Assembly: GCA_964415615.1 (NCBI GenBank)
Contig: CAYQAW010000003.1
Span: 30,788-94,787 of the forward strand
Length of the DNA stretch: 64,000 nucleotides
Direction: 5' to 3'
Source of the DNA: an uncultured Gammaproteobacteria bacterium
GTDB taxonomy: Bacteria; Patescibacteriota; Microgenomatia; Daviesbacterales; UBA10151
Both the position numbers and the translations under genes were made by a program. Position 1 is the first letter of the stretch. Every line of letters starts with the position of its first letter. The notes under the pieces were generated by a model that was given only the letters and a program-made list of their open reading frames with translations, did no database searches and was not told the DNA's origin. Positions 19,097 through 28,486 of this stretch are shown piece after piece.

Positions 19097-20101
19097 ATGA
19101 GGATTTTAGTGACAGGTGGAGCTGGATTTATTGGTTCAAACTTCATTCACTACTGGGTAAAATTTCATCCTGAAGATCAGATTATCAATCTTGACGCGCT
19201 AACTTATGCTGGACATTTGGAAAGCCTGAAGGATTTAGAAGACAATCCAAATTATAAATTTATTAAAGGTGATATCACAAACTCAGAAGATGTTAGGAAA
19301 GCAATGGAGGGAACTGATTGTGTTATCCATTTTGCAGCTGAATCTCATGTGGACCGTTCAATTGTTGATCCTTTGCAATTTGTTAAAACTAATGTTTTAG
19401 GGACAGCAGTTCTTTTAAATGCAGCTATGGAGGCAAAAATTAAAAGATTTCATCATGTTTCATCGGATGAAGTATATGGGCAGTTAAAGATAGATGATGA
19501 GCCATTTACAGAAGATACGCCTTATCAGCCACGGACTCCCTACTCTGCCTCAAAAGCAGGGTCAGATCATTTAGTCAGAGCATATTTTGAGACTTATGGT
19601 TTGCCTATTACAATTACCAATTGTGCTAATAACTATGGTCCGTTTCATGATCCCGAAAAGTTAATCCCCAGATTTATTACAAATCTATTAGAAGGTAAAA
19701 AAGTTCCTTTAATGGGGAATGGAGAAAATATTAGGGAATGGTTGCATGCTGAAGATCATGCAGAAGCCATAGATTTTGTTTTGCAAAAAGGTGTAATTGG
19801 AGAAACTTATTTGATAGAGGGGGAAGAAAAATCCAATATGGAAATTACTCAGATGTTACTGCAAATTCTAAATATGGATGAGTCAATGATTGATTTTGTA
19901 GGCCATAGATTAGGGCATGATTTCCGTTATGCTATAAGTGGAAAAAAGCTTAAAGCTTTAGGTTGGATCAGAAAACACAGCTTAAAGGAAGATTTACCAA
20001 AAATTGTGGAGTGGTATAAACAAAACGGGTGGTGGTGGAAACCTTTACAAGAGGGGAGACCAAATATAGACAGAGTAGCCCAAAAATCATATGGAAAATA
20101 A
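19097..20101 (+). CDS. rmlB: dTDP-glucose 4,6-dehydratase
   Basis: TGGAGFIGSNF, HFAAESHVDRSI, SSDEVYG, YSASKA, GHDFRYAI. Confidence 0.95.
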   Translation: MRILVTGGAGFIGSNFIHYWVKFHPEDQIINLDALTYAGHLESLKDLEDNPNYKFIKGDITNSEDVRKAMEGTDCVIHFAAESHVDRSIVDPLQFVKTNVLGTAVLLNAAMEAKIKRFHHVSSDEVYGQLKIDDEPFTEDTPYQPRTPYSASKAGSDHLVRAYFETYGLPITITNCANNYGPFHDPEKLIPRFITNLLEGKKVPLMGNGENIREWLHAEDHAEAIDFVLQKGVIGETYLIEGEEKSNMEITQMLLQILNMDESMIDFVGHRLGHDFRYAISGKKLKALGWIRKHSLKEDLPKIVEWYKQNGWWWKPLQEGRPNIDRVAQKSYGK

Positions 20102-20645
20102 TAATTATATAAAAACTACTTCTATCTCTGGACTTCTAATTTTAGAAAGACCAATATTTTCAGATGAACGTGGTTTTTTTAGAGAATTGTTCCATAAAGA
20201 TGAATTGGAAAAAACTGCTGGTTTAAAATTTGATGGAGTACAGATGAATCACTCTCATTCTGTACCCGGGGTTATAAGGGGGATACATGCAGAGAAGTGG
20301 AATAAAATTATTTATCCGGTTTGCGGAGAAGTTTTTATAGCAATTGTTGATATCAGGCCAGATTCCCTAACTTTTGGCAAAGTAGAGACTTTTAATGTAA
20401 ATGATAATAATAGGATTGGGCTTTTTATTCCGAATGGGCTGGCTAACTCGCTGTGTGTAACAGGAGAAAAGCCGGCGGATTATATTTATTTAGTAGATAC
20501 TTACTATGATGGTTCAGATACCAGAGCTATTGCCTGGGATGATCCTGATTTAAATATCAGCTGGCCTGCTCCAAATCCAATTATTTCCCAAAGAGACAGC
20601 AATAATCCTAAATTAAGGGAATTGTTTCCGGAGAAGTTTAAGTAA
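20091..20645 (+). CDS. rmlC: dTDP-4-dehydrorhamnose 3,5-epimerase
   Basis: DERGFFRE, NHSHS..GVIRGIH, VDIRPDS.TFG, IAWDDPDL.I.WP. Confidence 0.92.
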   Translation: MENNNYIKTTSISGLLILERPIFSDERGFFRELFHKDELEKTAGLKFDGVQMNHSHSVPGVIRGIHAEKWNKIIYPVCGEVFIAIVDIRPDSLTFGKVETFNVNDNNRIGLFIPNGLANSLCVTGEKPADYIYLVDTYYDGSDTRAIAWDDPDLNISWPAPNPIISQRDSNNPKLRELFPEKFK

Positions 20646-21529
20646 TGAAGAGAATATTGGTATTTGGTGGCAGCGGTTTAGTGGGTTCTAATTTTATTAA
20701 TTTATATTCAAAAAACTTTGAAATTAGTGCTCCGGATGCTTCCTCAGTAGACATATTAAATAAGGATCAAGTTGCAAAAGTAACTCAAGAATTTAATCCA
20801 GATGTGGTTGTAAATTTTGCCGCATATACCCAAGTTGAAAAAGCTGAAAGCCAAAAAGACGATAAGAATGGAATCTGCTATTTATTAAACGCGATTGGCG
20901 CAAAAAATGTTGCAGAAGTTGTTAAGGAATTTGATAAAAAATTAATTCATATTTCCACAGACTATGTTTTTGATGGGACAAAAGAGGAGGGTTCCTATAC
21001 AGAAAATGACAAACCTAATCCAATTAATTGGTACGGACAAACTAAATATTTTGGGGAGCAGTTTGTTTTAGAAAGTGGTTGTAAATTTACTATAGTTAGA
21101 ATTAGTATGCCTTTTAGCCCATTTTATGAGTTAAAGAAAGATGTGGCTAGATTTTTTCTTGATCAATTAAGAAATGGTAATCAAATTAGGGCAATTGAAG
21201 ATCAAAGAATAACACCAACCTTAGTTTCAGATATTGCTGTGGCTTTAAAGACGATAATTGAATCAGATGTTACTGGACTTTATCATGTCAGTAGTACAGA
21301 TAATGTGACACCATTGGAATTTGCTAAAACTATTGCTGAAGTTTTTAAATTAAACTATTCACTCATAAATCCAATTAGTTTTGATGAATATAATAAAACC
21401 AAGACGGTAAAGATGTTGAAATTTTCCTGGCTAAATCCTGCAAAATTTGAGCAAGAATTTGGAGAAGGAATATTACATACAGTTGAAGAAGGTATAGCTT
21501 TTTTAAAAAAAGCTGTTGACCCCGATTAA
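20645..21529 (+). CDS. rmlD: dTDP-4-dehydrorhamnose reductase
   Basis: GGSGLVG, NFAAYT.V..AE, HISTDYVFDG, P.NWYGQTK. Confidence 0.9.
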   Translation: MKRILVFGGSGLVGSNFINLYSKNFEISAPDASSVDILNKDQVAKVTQEFNPDVVVNFAAYTQVEKAESQKDDKNGICYLLNAIGAKNVAEVVKEFDKKLIHISTDYVFDGTKEEGSYTENDKPNPINWYGQTKYFGEQFVLESGCKFTIVRISMPFSPFYELKKDVARFFLDQLRNGNQIRAIEDQRITPTLVSDIAVALKTIIESDVTGLYHVSSTDNVTPLEFAKTIAEVFKLNYSLINPISFDEYNKTKTVKMLKFSWLNPAKFEQEFGEGILHTVEEGIAFLKKAVDPD

Positions 21530-21541
21530 ATCGGGGTTGAC
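21516..21541. repeat. 17-bp palindrome flanked by short direct repeats
   Basis: ttga-ccccgattaaatcgggg-ttga(c); contains the rmlD stop codon. Confidence 0.65.
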
Positions 21542-21566
21542 TCAAAGACTAGAGATCAGATATAGT
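21537..21566 (+). promoter_or_regulatory. sigma70-type promoter for gmd
   Basis: TTGACT (21537-21542), 18 nt spacer, TATAGT (21561-21566), ATG at 21576. Confidence 0.55.
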
Positions 21567-21575
21567 AGACAAAAT

Positions 21576-22592
21576 ATGGCACAAAGCAAAAAAGCTTTTA
21601 TAACTGGTATTACTGGACAGGATGGTTCATACCTTAGTGAACTTCTTTTGGATAAGGGATATGAAGTTGCGGGATTAGTCCGAAGAAATGCAGGTTTAGA
21701 TTTTGGTAATATTAACGAGCTTAAAGATGAGATAAAAATTTATTATGGGGATTTACATTCACCAGAATCTATTGCTTTAGCTCTTTTGGATTTTAAACCA
21801 GATGAAATTTACAACCTGGCTTCTTTATCTTCACCATTAGGATCATTTAGTGATAAGTTAGGAGCAATTACTGTAACAGGAATGGGAGCGCTACATGTTT
21901 TTGAGAGAGCCAAACAGATTGTACCTGATGCAAGAATTTATCAAGCATCAACATCAGAAATGTTTGGTGCCCCTAAACAAGTTCCTCAAAATGAAGAAAC
22001 TTGTTTGGCTCCAGCAAATCCTTATGCAGCAGCTAAAGAATTTGCACATAGAATGGCTATGATAGCCAGAAATGATAGCAAACAGCCCCAATTTATTTCC
22101 TGCGGAATTCTTTTTAATCATGAAAGCCCCAGACGTGGTTTGAATTTTGTCACCAGAAAAATTACTGCTGCTGTTGCTTGTATTAAAAACGGCAGGAAAG
22201 AGGGAATACCTTTGAACGAGATAGGTGAACCGATCGTCAAAAATGGAAAACTGAAATTAGGGGATCTTGAGGCAAAGAGGGATTGGGGATATGCCCCGGA
22301 TTATGTTGAACTGATGTGGATTATATTACAGCACGAAAAGGCAGATGATTTTGTAGCTGCCACAGGAGAGGTTCATACTGTTGAGGAGTTTGCGAAGGAG
22401 GCCTTTGAGGTAGTAGGTTTGGACTTCAAAGATTATGTAGAAACTGATTTACACTTTGTCCCTCCAGTTCAAACTGGACCTCTTTGTGGAGATGCTGCAA
22501 AAGCCAAGAAAATTTTGGGCTGGGAGCCAAAGACAAAATTTAAGGACTTGGTAAAAATTATGGTTCATGCCGACCTTGCTAAGTTCTCCTGA
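21576..22592 (+). CDS. gmd: GDP-mannose 4,6-dehydratase
   Basis: AFITGITGQDGSYL, YQASTSEMFG, GILFNHESPRRG..FVTRKI, KRDWGYA.DYV. Start moved to MAQSKK. Confidence 0.92.
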   Translation: MAQSKKAFITGITGQDGSYLSELLLDKGYEVAGLVRRNAGLDFGNINELKDEIKIYYGDLHSPESIALALLDFKPDEIYNLASLSSPLGSFSDKLGAITVTGMGALHVFERAKQIVPDARIYQASTSEMFGAPKQVPQNEETCLAPANPYAAAKEFAHRMAMIARNDSKQPQFISCGILFNHESPRRGLNFVTRKITAAVACIKNGRKEGIPLNEIGEPIVKNGKLKLGDLEAKRDWGYAPDYVELMWIILQHEKADDFVAATGEVHTVEEFAKEAFEVVGLDFKDYVETDLHFVPPVQTGPLCGDAAKAKKILGWEPKTKFKDLVKIMVHADLAKFS

Positions 22593-23779
22593 TGAAAAAG
22601 ATTGTCAGTGTTGTTCTCCCCACTTATAACGAAAAAGCCAATATAGAAGGTACTGTCAAGAAAGTTTTAGAACAGGAAAAATATCTTCCAGGTTATGAAA
22701 TGAATATCATCATAGCAGATGATGTTAGATCTTCTGACGGGACAGAACAAATATCTAAAGAATTAGTCAAAAAAAATAAAAAAGTACATTTTATAAAAGT
22801 TGAACCTGGCTTAGGAGTTGGACTGATCAAAGGTCATCAATACGCTTGTACTCATTTGCATCCAGATATTTTGGCTCAAATTGATGCAGATGGTCAGGTA
22901 GAGGCAGATGTGTTAGTCAGACTTGTTAAAACGATTGAACAAGGATATACCCTGGCAATAGGCTCAAGATTTATTAGTGGGGGTAAAAATAAATTATCTT
23001 TAATGAGGAAATTATTCAGTTATGGAGCTTCGCTGTTTTGCAGGTTGTTGGTAGGACCTTGGGATATTGCCGAAGTAACTAATTCTGCCAGGGCATTTAC
23101 GCCTGCTCTTTTTCAAAAAATAAATTTAGAAAGACTACCTTGGAGAGAAAGAACTTTTATTATCCAACCAGCTTTTTTACATGAAGCAATTTTGGCGGGT
23201 GCAAAATATAAAGAAGTACCATTAGTTTTTAAAAACCGTTTGGAGGGATATTCTAAGAATAAAGTTTTCAACTACACATATGATGTTATTGCCTATGGGT
23301 TGGATGTTAGGCTGCATTCGCTGGGGTTAAACATACCTTTTTATAGATTATTAAAAAGAGCTAAAACTCTGGTTAAGTTTTCTTTAGTTGGAGTTATCGG
23401 AACAATAATAGACTTTTTTTTCTATAAAATTTTTATTAATCATTTTGGTATGCCTCCAGCAACATCAAAGGGGTTTTCTACAGAGATAGCAATTATCAAT
23501 AATTTTATTTTGAATAATTACTGGACATTCAGATACAGGAAAACAAAAACAAACATTTGGCAAAAACTTGGGATATTTAATTTGGTAAGTTTGGGAGGAC
23601 TCGTAATAGGTGTTTTGATAGTTAAATTTTTGCACATAGCTTATGGAGATGGATTTGTGAATTTATTCGGTCGTTCTATTGCCTATAATAATTTTTACTT
23701 TTTCGCCACTATCCCTCCAGTTATGCTTTGGAATTTTACCGTTAATCATTTTATTACTTGGAGACACGAGAAGGATTAA
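22592..23779 (+). CDS. GT2 polyprenyl-phosphate-sugar synthase fused to a GtrA-like domain
   Basis: VVLPTYNE, QIDADGQ, GSRF..GG; C-terminal KFSLVG.IGT.ID..NNF.LNNYWTF..WNF..N...TW (GtrA). Confidence 0.88.
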   Translation: MKKIVSVVLPTYNEKANIEGTVKKVLEQEKYLPGYEMNIIIADDVRSSDGTEQISKELVKKNKKVHFIKVEPGLGVGLIKGHQYACTHLHPDILAQIDADGQVEADVLVRLVKTIEQGYTLAIGSRFISGGKNKLSLMRKLFSYGASLFCRLLVGPWDIAEVTNSARAFTPALFQKINLERLPWRERTFIIQPAFLHEAILAGAKYKEVPLVFKNRLEGYSKNKVFNYTYDVIAYGLDVRLHSLGLNIPFYRLLKRAKTLVKFSLVGVIGTIIDFFFYKIFINHFGMPPATSKGFSTEIAIINNFILNNYWTFRYRKTKTNIWQKLGIFNLVSLGGLVIGVLIVKFLHIAYGDGFVNLFGRSIAYNNFYFFATIPPVMLWNFTVNHFITWRHEKD

Positions 23780-24921
23780 TTAAATGGTAATAGGTTAGGA
23801 ATTGGGGCGACATTAGCAAGTAGAAAATTTTGAGCATATAAATATATTGCCAAAAGTAATATTGGTAGTATTATTTTAAATTCACGGCTGGTTAAGACTT
23901 TTTCAAATGCTATCAAAATAAATGGGGCAACAGGTAGCAGGTAACGGCTAATATCCCGATGGGCAACTAAAGAAGCAGCAGCCAGATAAGTTAATACAAA
24001 AAATGCCAAAGGATATAATTTTTGTTTTAGAAGCATAATTCCTCCCAAAAATCCTAATATAAATATATAGATAATATCTTCTAGCCAAATGTCTCCTACC
24101 CAAAACTGATGTTTGTTAAAAACCTGAAAAGGGGGAAATGCTAAATGGATATTATCCCCGCTATGAAAATAAGCCCAGAAATCCCCGAATGTTTGACTAT
24201 ATAAATAAAAAACTCCTAAGAGACCTAAAGGTATCAAAAATAATGGTAAATATTTATGAAATGTTCTTAGAAAATGAAATTTATACAGCCAAATAAGATA
24301 AAACAACAGTGCAATAAAAAGTAGAATACCGGGGGGTCTTGTAATTTGTGCAAGTAATCCCCATATTCCTGTCAGCAGCAAATCTGATATTTTTCCTGAC
24401 TGCTCAAATTTCATAAAGAAATAAATAGCAGCAATGATGAAAAAAATAAACAGAGGTTCTGAGGCTCCAACGCTGTGTACTACTGTCCATCTTGCTGGAA
24501 GGATTAAGAATATAAAACTTAAAAATAATGGATGGGCACTAAGTTTGAAATCCTTTACTAGCAAATAGAAGGCCCATGCAGCAAGTGTTGTAGAGAAGAT
24601 TGAGACAAGAAGCATCGATTTTAAATATCCAACAATTGGAGCAAAAATTGAGATCAAGATAGCATATCCGGGAAAATGAGAAGCAAAATAATTGGCAGGC
24701 AATGATTGACTCAAAGCTGCAATAGCGCTTGGATTATACAAAGTTTTGGCTATAATGACGTATTCTAATCCGTCAAAATTTCTATAAATAGTTGAAAATC
24801 CTTCTTTGAAAGATAAGCCCCAAAAATTTGGCTGGACTAAAATATGAGGTAGCCATACGATGAAGGTAATAGTTAAAACCAAGATGGTTAAAATACTTAA
24901 ATCTTTGAATTTATTGTTCAC
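23776..24921 (-). CDS. GT-C mannosyltransferase-like (PIG-V/GT76-like) membrane protein
   Basis: NFDG..Y..IA..Y, HFPGY, SEPLF, TRPPGILL, SRYLL. Confidence 0.75.
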   Translation of the reverse strand: MNNKFKDLSILTILVLTITFIVWLPHILVQPNFWGLSFKEGFSTIYRNFDGLEYVIIAKTLYNPSAIAALSQSLPANYFASHFPGYAILISIFAPIVGYLKSMLLVSIFSTTLAAWAFYLLVKDFKLSAHPLFLSFIFLILPARWTVVHSVGASEPLFIFFIIAAIYFFMKFEQSGKISDLLLTGIWGLLAQITRPPGILLFIALLFYLIWLYKFHFLRTFHKYLPLFLIPLGLLGVFYLYSQTFGDFWAYFHSGDNIHLAFPPFQVFNKHQFWVGDIWLEDIIYIFILGFLGGIMLLKQKLYPLAFFVLTYLAAASLVAHRDISRYLLPVAPFILIAFEKVLTSREFKIILPILLLAIYLYAQNFLLANVAPIPNLLPFN

Positions 24922-24947
24922 TAGTTTATTATATACTTAAACTTTAA

Positions 24948-27113
24948 ATGATTAACAACCTATCAGTTTTTTTCCCATGTATTAATGAAGAAGGAAATAT
25001 TGAAAATACTGTTTCCAAAGCTGAAGAAGTACTAGAAAAACTTAAACTTAAATATGAAATTATTATTGTTGATGACGGGTCAACAGATAATACTGCTAAG
25101 ATAGCAGATAGATTATCTGAGAAAAACCAAAATGTGCGGGTGATACATCATCAGAAGAATCTAGGGTACGGAGAAGCACTAAAATCTGGATTTTATAATG
25201 CCCGATATGAAACTATTGTTTATACAGACGGAGATGGTCAATTTGATTTCTCAGAAGTTACGAGGTTTTTAGAAAAAATTATAGATCATGATTTAGTTAT
25301 TGGCTACAGGATAAAGAGGAAAGATTCTATTTTAAGGAGACTGTTTGGTAAAGGATGGAGAATGACTTTATTTTTCTTTTTTGGCTTAAGACTTAAAGAT
25401 GTAGATTGTGGTTTTAAGATGGTTCGTAAAAAAGTATTGGAAAAGATCCCGCATTTGCAGTCTCAAAGAGGAGCAATGATAAATGCTGAGCTGGTAATTA
25501 AAGCTAAAAAATATGGTTTCAAAGAAGGTCAAGTAGGAGTCAACCATTATCAAAGATTATCAGGTAAACCAACTGGAGCCAATATCAGTGTAATTATTAA
25601 ATCTTATTTAGATCTTATTAAGCTGTGGTGGAAATTAAAGGATGAAAAATTATTATTTATTGTTTTAGTTTTTATTCTATCCTTAGCATCTTTTTTGCGG
25701 TTTTACAAAATCCCGGAGTATATGACTTTTTTGGGTGATGAGGGACGCGATGCGATTATTATTAAAAATATATTAGTAAATCACCACATTCCTTTAATTG
25801 GTCCGCCTACTTCGGTGGGTAATATTTATCTTGGTCCCTTGTATTACTATATGATGGCTGTTTCAATGGGGGTTTTCTGGTTAAACCCTGTAGCAGCAGC
25901 TGGGATGAATGCCATATTTGGGATTGCCACAATAATTATGATTTATCATCTTGGGAAACAATGGTTTGGAAAACATGCAGGTTTGCTGGCAGCTTATTTG
26001 TATGCTATATCACCTGTTACTATTACTGCCTCCAGGTCTTCCTGGAATCCTAATCCAGCCCCCTTTTTTGCGCTAGTTAGTGTATTTAGCTTATATAAGC
26101 TGCATCGGACAGGTAATTTTTTATATCTTATTCTGACTGGTTTAGCAGTAGGAGCAGCTTTGCAGATGCACTATTTGGCAGCTATCTTAATACCTATTAT
26201 GGTCATACTTTGGTTTTATGAAATAGTTTTCAGGAAGTCTAATAAATTGCAAGTAAGAAAAATGTTTAGTGGAACTTTGCTGGGGATAATCTCTTTTATA
26301 TTTGTTATGTCACCGCTTGTTTGGTTTGACTTAAGGCATAACTTTTTAAATTACAGGGCGGTAACAGAGTTATTAAGTGAAGGCAGTTCTGTCAAAAGTG
26401 ATATTTTTGCAAATTTTGCAAGAATGCCTGCTCTGTTTTCATATAATTTGATAGGCAGGTATATTACAGCAGAAAATATTTTTTTGATAATAATTATATC
26501 TTTGGTGGTTTTGCTTGGAATTATATACAAATTTTCATGGCCCAAATTGGCTTTAGGAGTTTGGTTGATAGTTGGACTGCTTGGTTTGACCTTTTATCAG
26601 CAGAGTATATATGATCATTATTTAGGATTTTTAAATCCTGCGCCATTTTTACTTTTAGGATCAATGATGTTTTTTGTCTCTGCTGTGCCGAATAAAATAA
26701 AGTGGTTAATAAATAGTACAATAGTAATATTATTAATCATTTTGACTTTTGTGAACCTGCAAAGGAATCCGCTTATGCATTCTCCAAATAATCAGCTACA
26801 AAGAACACAGAAAATTGCTAAATTTATTATTAATCAGTCAGAAAGTAAACCTTTCAATTTTGCTTTACTTGCTGCAAGAAATTATGATTCAGCATATCAA
26901 TTTTACTTAGATTTATACGGACATAAACCTTTACAAGTACCATTTGATATTACAGATCAATTATTTGTTGTTTGTGAGGATGAGATTTGCCAGCCAATTA
27001 ATAATCCAAAATACGAGATTGCTGGCTTTGGTTGGGCTAAAATAATAAGTGAGCAAGAAATTTGGGGAGTAAAGGTTTTTAAGTTAGTTCATAATCCATC
27101 AGGTAAACCATGA
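24948..27113 (+). CDS. Fusion of GT2 (DPM-like) and GT-C glycosyltransferase
   Basis: N-terminal NEE, VDDGSTD, YTDGDGQ, DVDCGFK; then FLGDEGRDA, LIGPPTSVGNIYLGPLYYY and multi-TM. Confidence 0.88.
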   Translation: MINNLSVFFPCINEEGNIENTVSKAEEVLEKLKLKYEIIIVDDGSTDNTAKIADRLSEKNQNVRVIHHQKNLGYGEALKSGFYNARYETIVYTDGDGQFDFSEVTRFLEKIIDHDLVIGYRIKRKDSILRRLFGKGWRMTLFFFFGLRLKDVDCGFKMVRKKVLEKIPHLQSQRGAMINAELVIKAKKYGFKEGQVGVNHYQRLSGKPTGANISVIIKSYLDLIKLWWKLKDEKLLFIVLVFILSLASFLRFYKIPEYMTFLGDEGRDAIIIKNILVNHHIPLIGPPTSVGNIYLGPLYYYMMAVSMGVFWLNPVAAAGMNAIFGIATIIMIYHLGKQWFGKHAGLLAAYLYAISPVTITASRSSWNPNPAPFFALVSVFSLYKLHRTGNFLYLILTGLAVGAALQMHYLAAILIPIMVILWFYEIVFRKSNKLQVRKMFSGTLLGIISFIFVMSPLVWFDLRHNFLNYRAVTELLSEGSSVKSDIFANFARMPALFSYNLIGRYITAENIFLIIIISLVVLLGIIYKFSWPKLALGVWLIVGLLGLTFYQQSIYDHYLGFLNPAPFLLLGSMMFFVSAVPNKIKWLINSTIVILLIILTFVNLQRNPLMHSPNNQLQRTQKIAKFIINQSESKPFNFALLAARNYDSAYQFYLDLYGHKPLQVPFDITDQLFVVCEDEICQPINNPKYEIAGFGWAKIISEQEIWGVKVFKLVHNPSGKP

Positions 27114-27847
27114 AAAAGATATCTATTATTATTCCTGCATATAATGAAGAGAAGAATCTGAAACGGGGGGTACTTCCGGAAGTTGGAAATTATTTAGAAC
27201 AATTAAAAATTGATTATGAAGTAATTATTGTAGATGATGGATCTTCAGATGCCTCAGTTGAGATAATAAAAAAATATATTTCCAAAAACAAAAATTTTAG
27301 ATTAATTCAAAATAAACATGGTGGAAAAGCTATAGCTGTGACGACTGGAATGATGGCAGGCGGGGGAGAAATTATTCTGTTTACTGATATGGATCAGGCA
27401 ACACCTATCAGTCAAGTTGAAAAATTTATGCCAAAGTTCGAGGAAGGATATGAGATAGTAATTGGTTCAAGGCATGGTAGGCAAGGAGCGCCTGCTGTTA
27501 GAAAATTATCAGCCTGGGGGTTTTCTGTACTTCGGGGATTAATTTTGGGATTACCCTTTAAAGACACACAATGTGGTTTTAAAGCGTTTAGTAAGGCTTC
27601 TGTTGATAAAATTATTCCTAAAATAAAAAATGAATGGGGAATATTGCATTTTAGCGGAGGGGCAGTTAACGCCGGATTCGATGTGGAGCTTTTATATTTG
27701 GCTAAAAAATACGGTTTCAAAATTGCTGAGGTAGGGGTGGAGTGGAAATATGTAGATACTGAGAGAGTGCAAGTTATCAAAGATGCACTTGCTGCAGTCT
27801 ACGACATGTTTAGAATCAGATGGAATGATTTAAAAGGGAAATACTAA
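27110..27847 (+). CDS. GT2 polyprenyl-phosphate glycosyltransferase (Alg5-like)
   Basis: IIPAYNEE, VDDGSSD, GKA.AV..G, FTDMD.ATP, DTQCGFKAF, FDVELL. Confidence 0.9.
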   Translation: MKKISIIIPAYNEEKNLKRGVLPEVGNYLEQLKIDYEVIIVDDGSSDASVEIIKKYISKNKNFRLIQNKHGGKAIAVTTGMMAGGGEIILFTDMDQATPISQVEKFMPKFEEGYEIVIGSRHGRQGAPAVRKLSAWGFSVLRGLILGLPFKDTQCGFKAFSKASVDKIIPKIKNEWGILHFSGGAVNAGFDVELLYLAKKYGFKIAEVGVEWKYVDTERVQVIKDALAAVYDMFRIRWNDLKGKY

Positions 27848-27946
27848 GCTATGAATAATTCCGTTTTCACTTCAGTAATAGATGTAGTATATGAGGCAGG
27901 ATAAAGACTAAAGAAGCACCTTCTAGCAGAGGAAAAAATTACTGGA

Positions 27947-27976
27947 CAAAGTATATACGATCGTGATAACTTTGGT
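27947..27976. repeat. 30-bp palindromic direct repeat, copy 1 (over putative promoter of PaaX/Cas2-like gene 2)
   Basis: caaagtatatacgatcgtgataactttggt; central palindrome acgatcgt; caaag/ctttg arms. Confidence 0.8.
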
Positions 27977-27979
27977 TAT

Positions 27980-28480
27980 ATGTACAGGAAAAAAAGTCTG
28001 ACAAATTTGGTTCTTTTAGCCTTAGAAAAATCTGTTGATGGGTATGTTAGACTTGAAGATTTTCTATATAATCCGGGATTTTATTCTTATGGTGATGGTT
28101 GGAATTATCCAATAAAAAAATCAGGACTAGCCAGAGTTTTAAAACGTTTAAGAGAAAATGGTTTAGTGGAGCTATTAGATGATCAGGAATTAATTCTAAG
28201 ATTAACTGATAAAGGTAAGGAAAAAGCAGTTTTAGCTAATTTATTGATAGAAGAAAATAAATGGGATGGGAAATACAGAATTGTCATATTTGATGTTCCG
28301 GAAAAAAGAAGAATAGCAAGAGACCTATTAAGGGCCAGATTAAAAAGCTGGGGATTTGTATCTTGGCAACGTAGTGTTTGGGCAAGTAAGAAGAATTGTA
28401 CAAAGTCTTTGAGGGATTTTGTCAAGCAAGTAGGGATTAAAGATTGGGTTATTGTAATCGAATCTGATAATGTAGATTAG
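27980..28480 (+). CDS. PaaX-type wHTH + Cas2-like domain protein
   Basis: LKRLRENGLVE..LRLTDKG, WDGKYRIVIFDVPEKRR.ARD.LR..L..WGF..WQRSVW. Confidence 0.88.
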   Translation: MYRKKSLTNLVLLALEKSVDGYVRLEDFLYNPGFYSYGDGWNYPIKKSGLARVLKRLRENGLVELLDDQELILRLTDKGKEKAVLANLLIEENKWDGKYRIVIFDVPEKRRIARDLLRARLKSWGFVSWQRSVWASKKNCTKSLRDFVKQVGIKDWVIVIESDNVD

Positions 28481-28486
28481 TATGAC

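Noticed and set aside
21496-21514. agctttttt-a-aaaaaagct dyad as a terminator
   Set aside because: It lies inside the rmlD coding sequence, has an AT-rich stem and lacks a U-tract.
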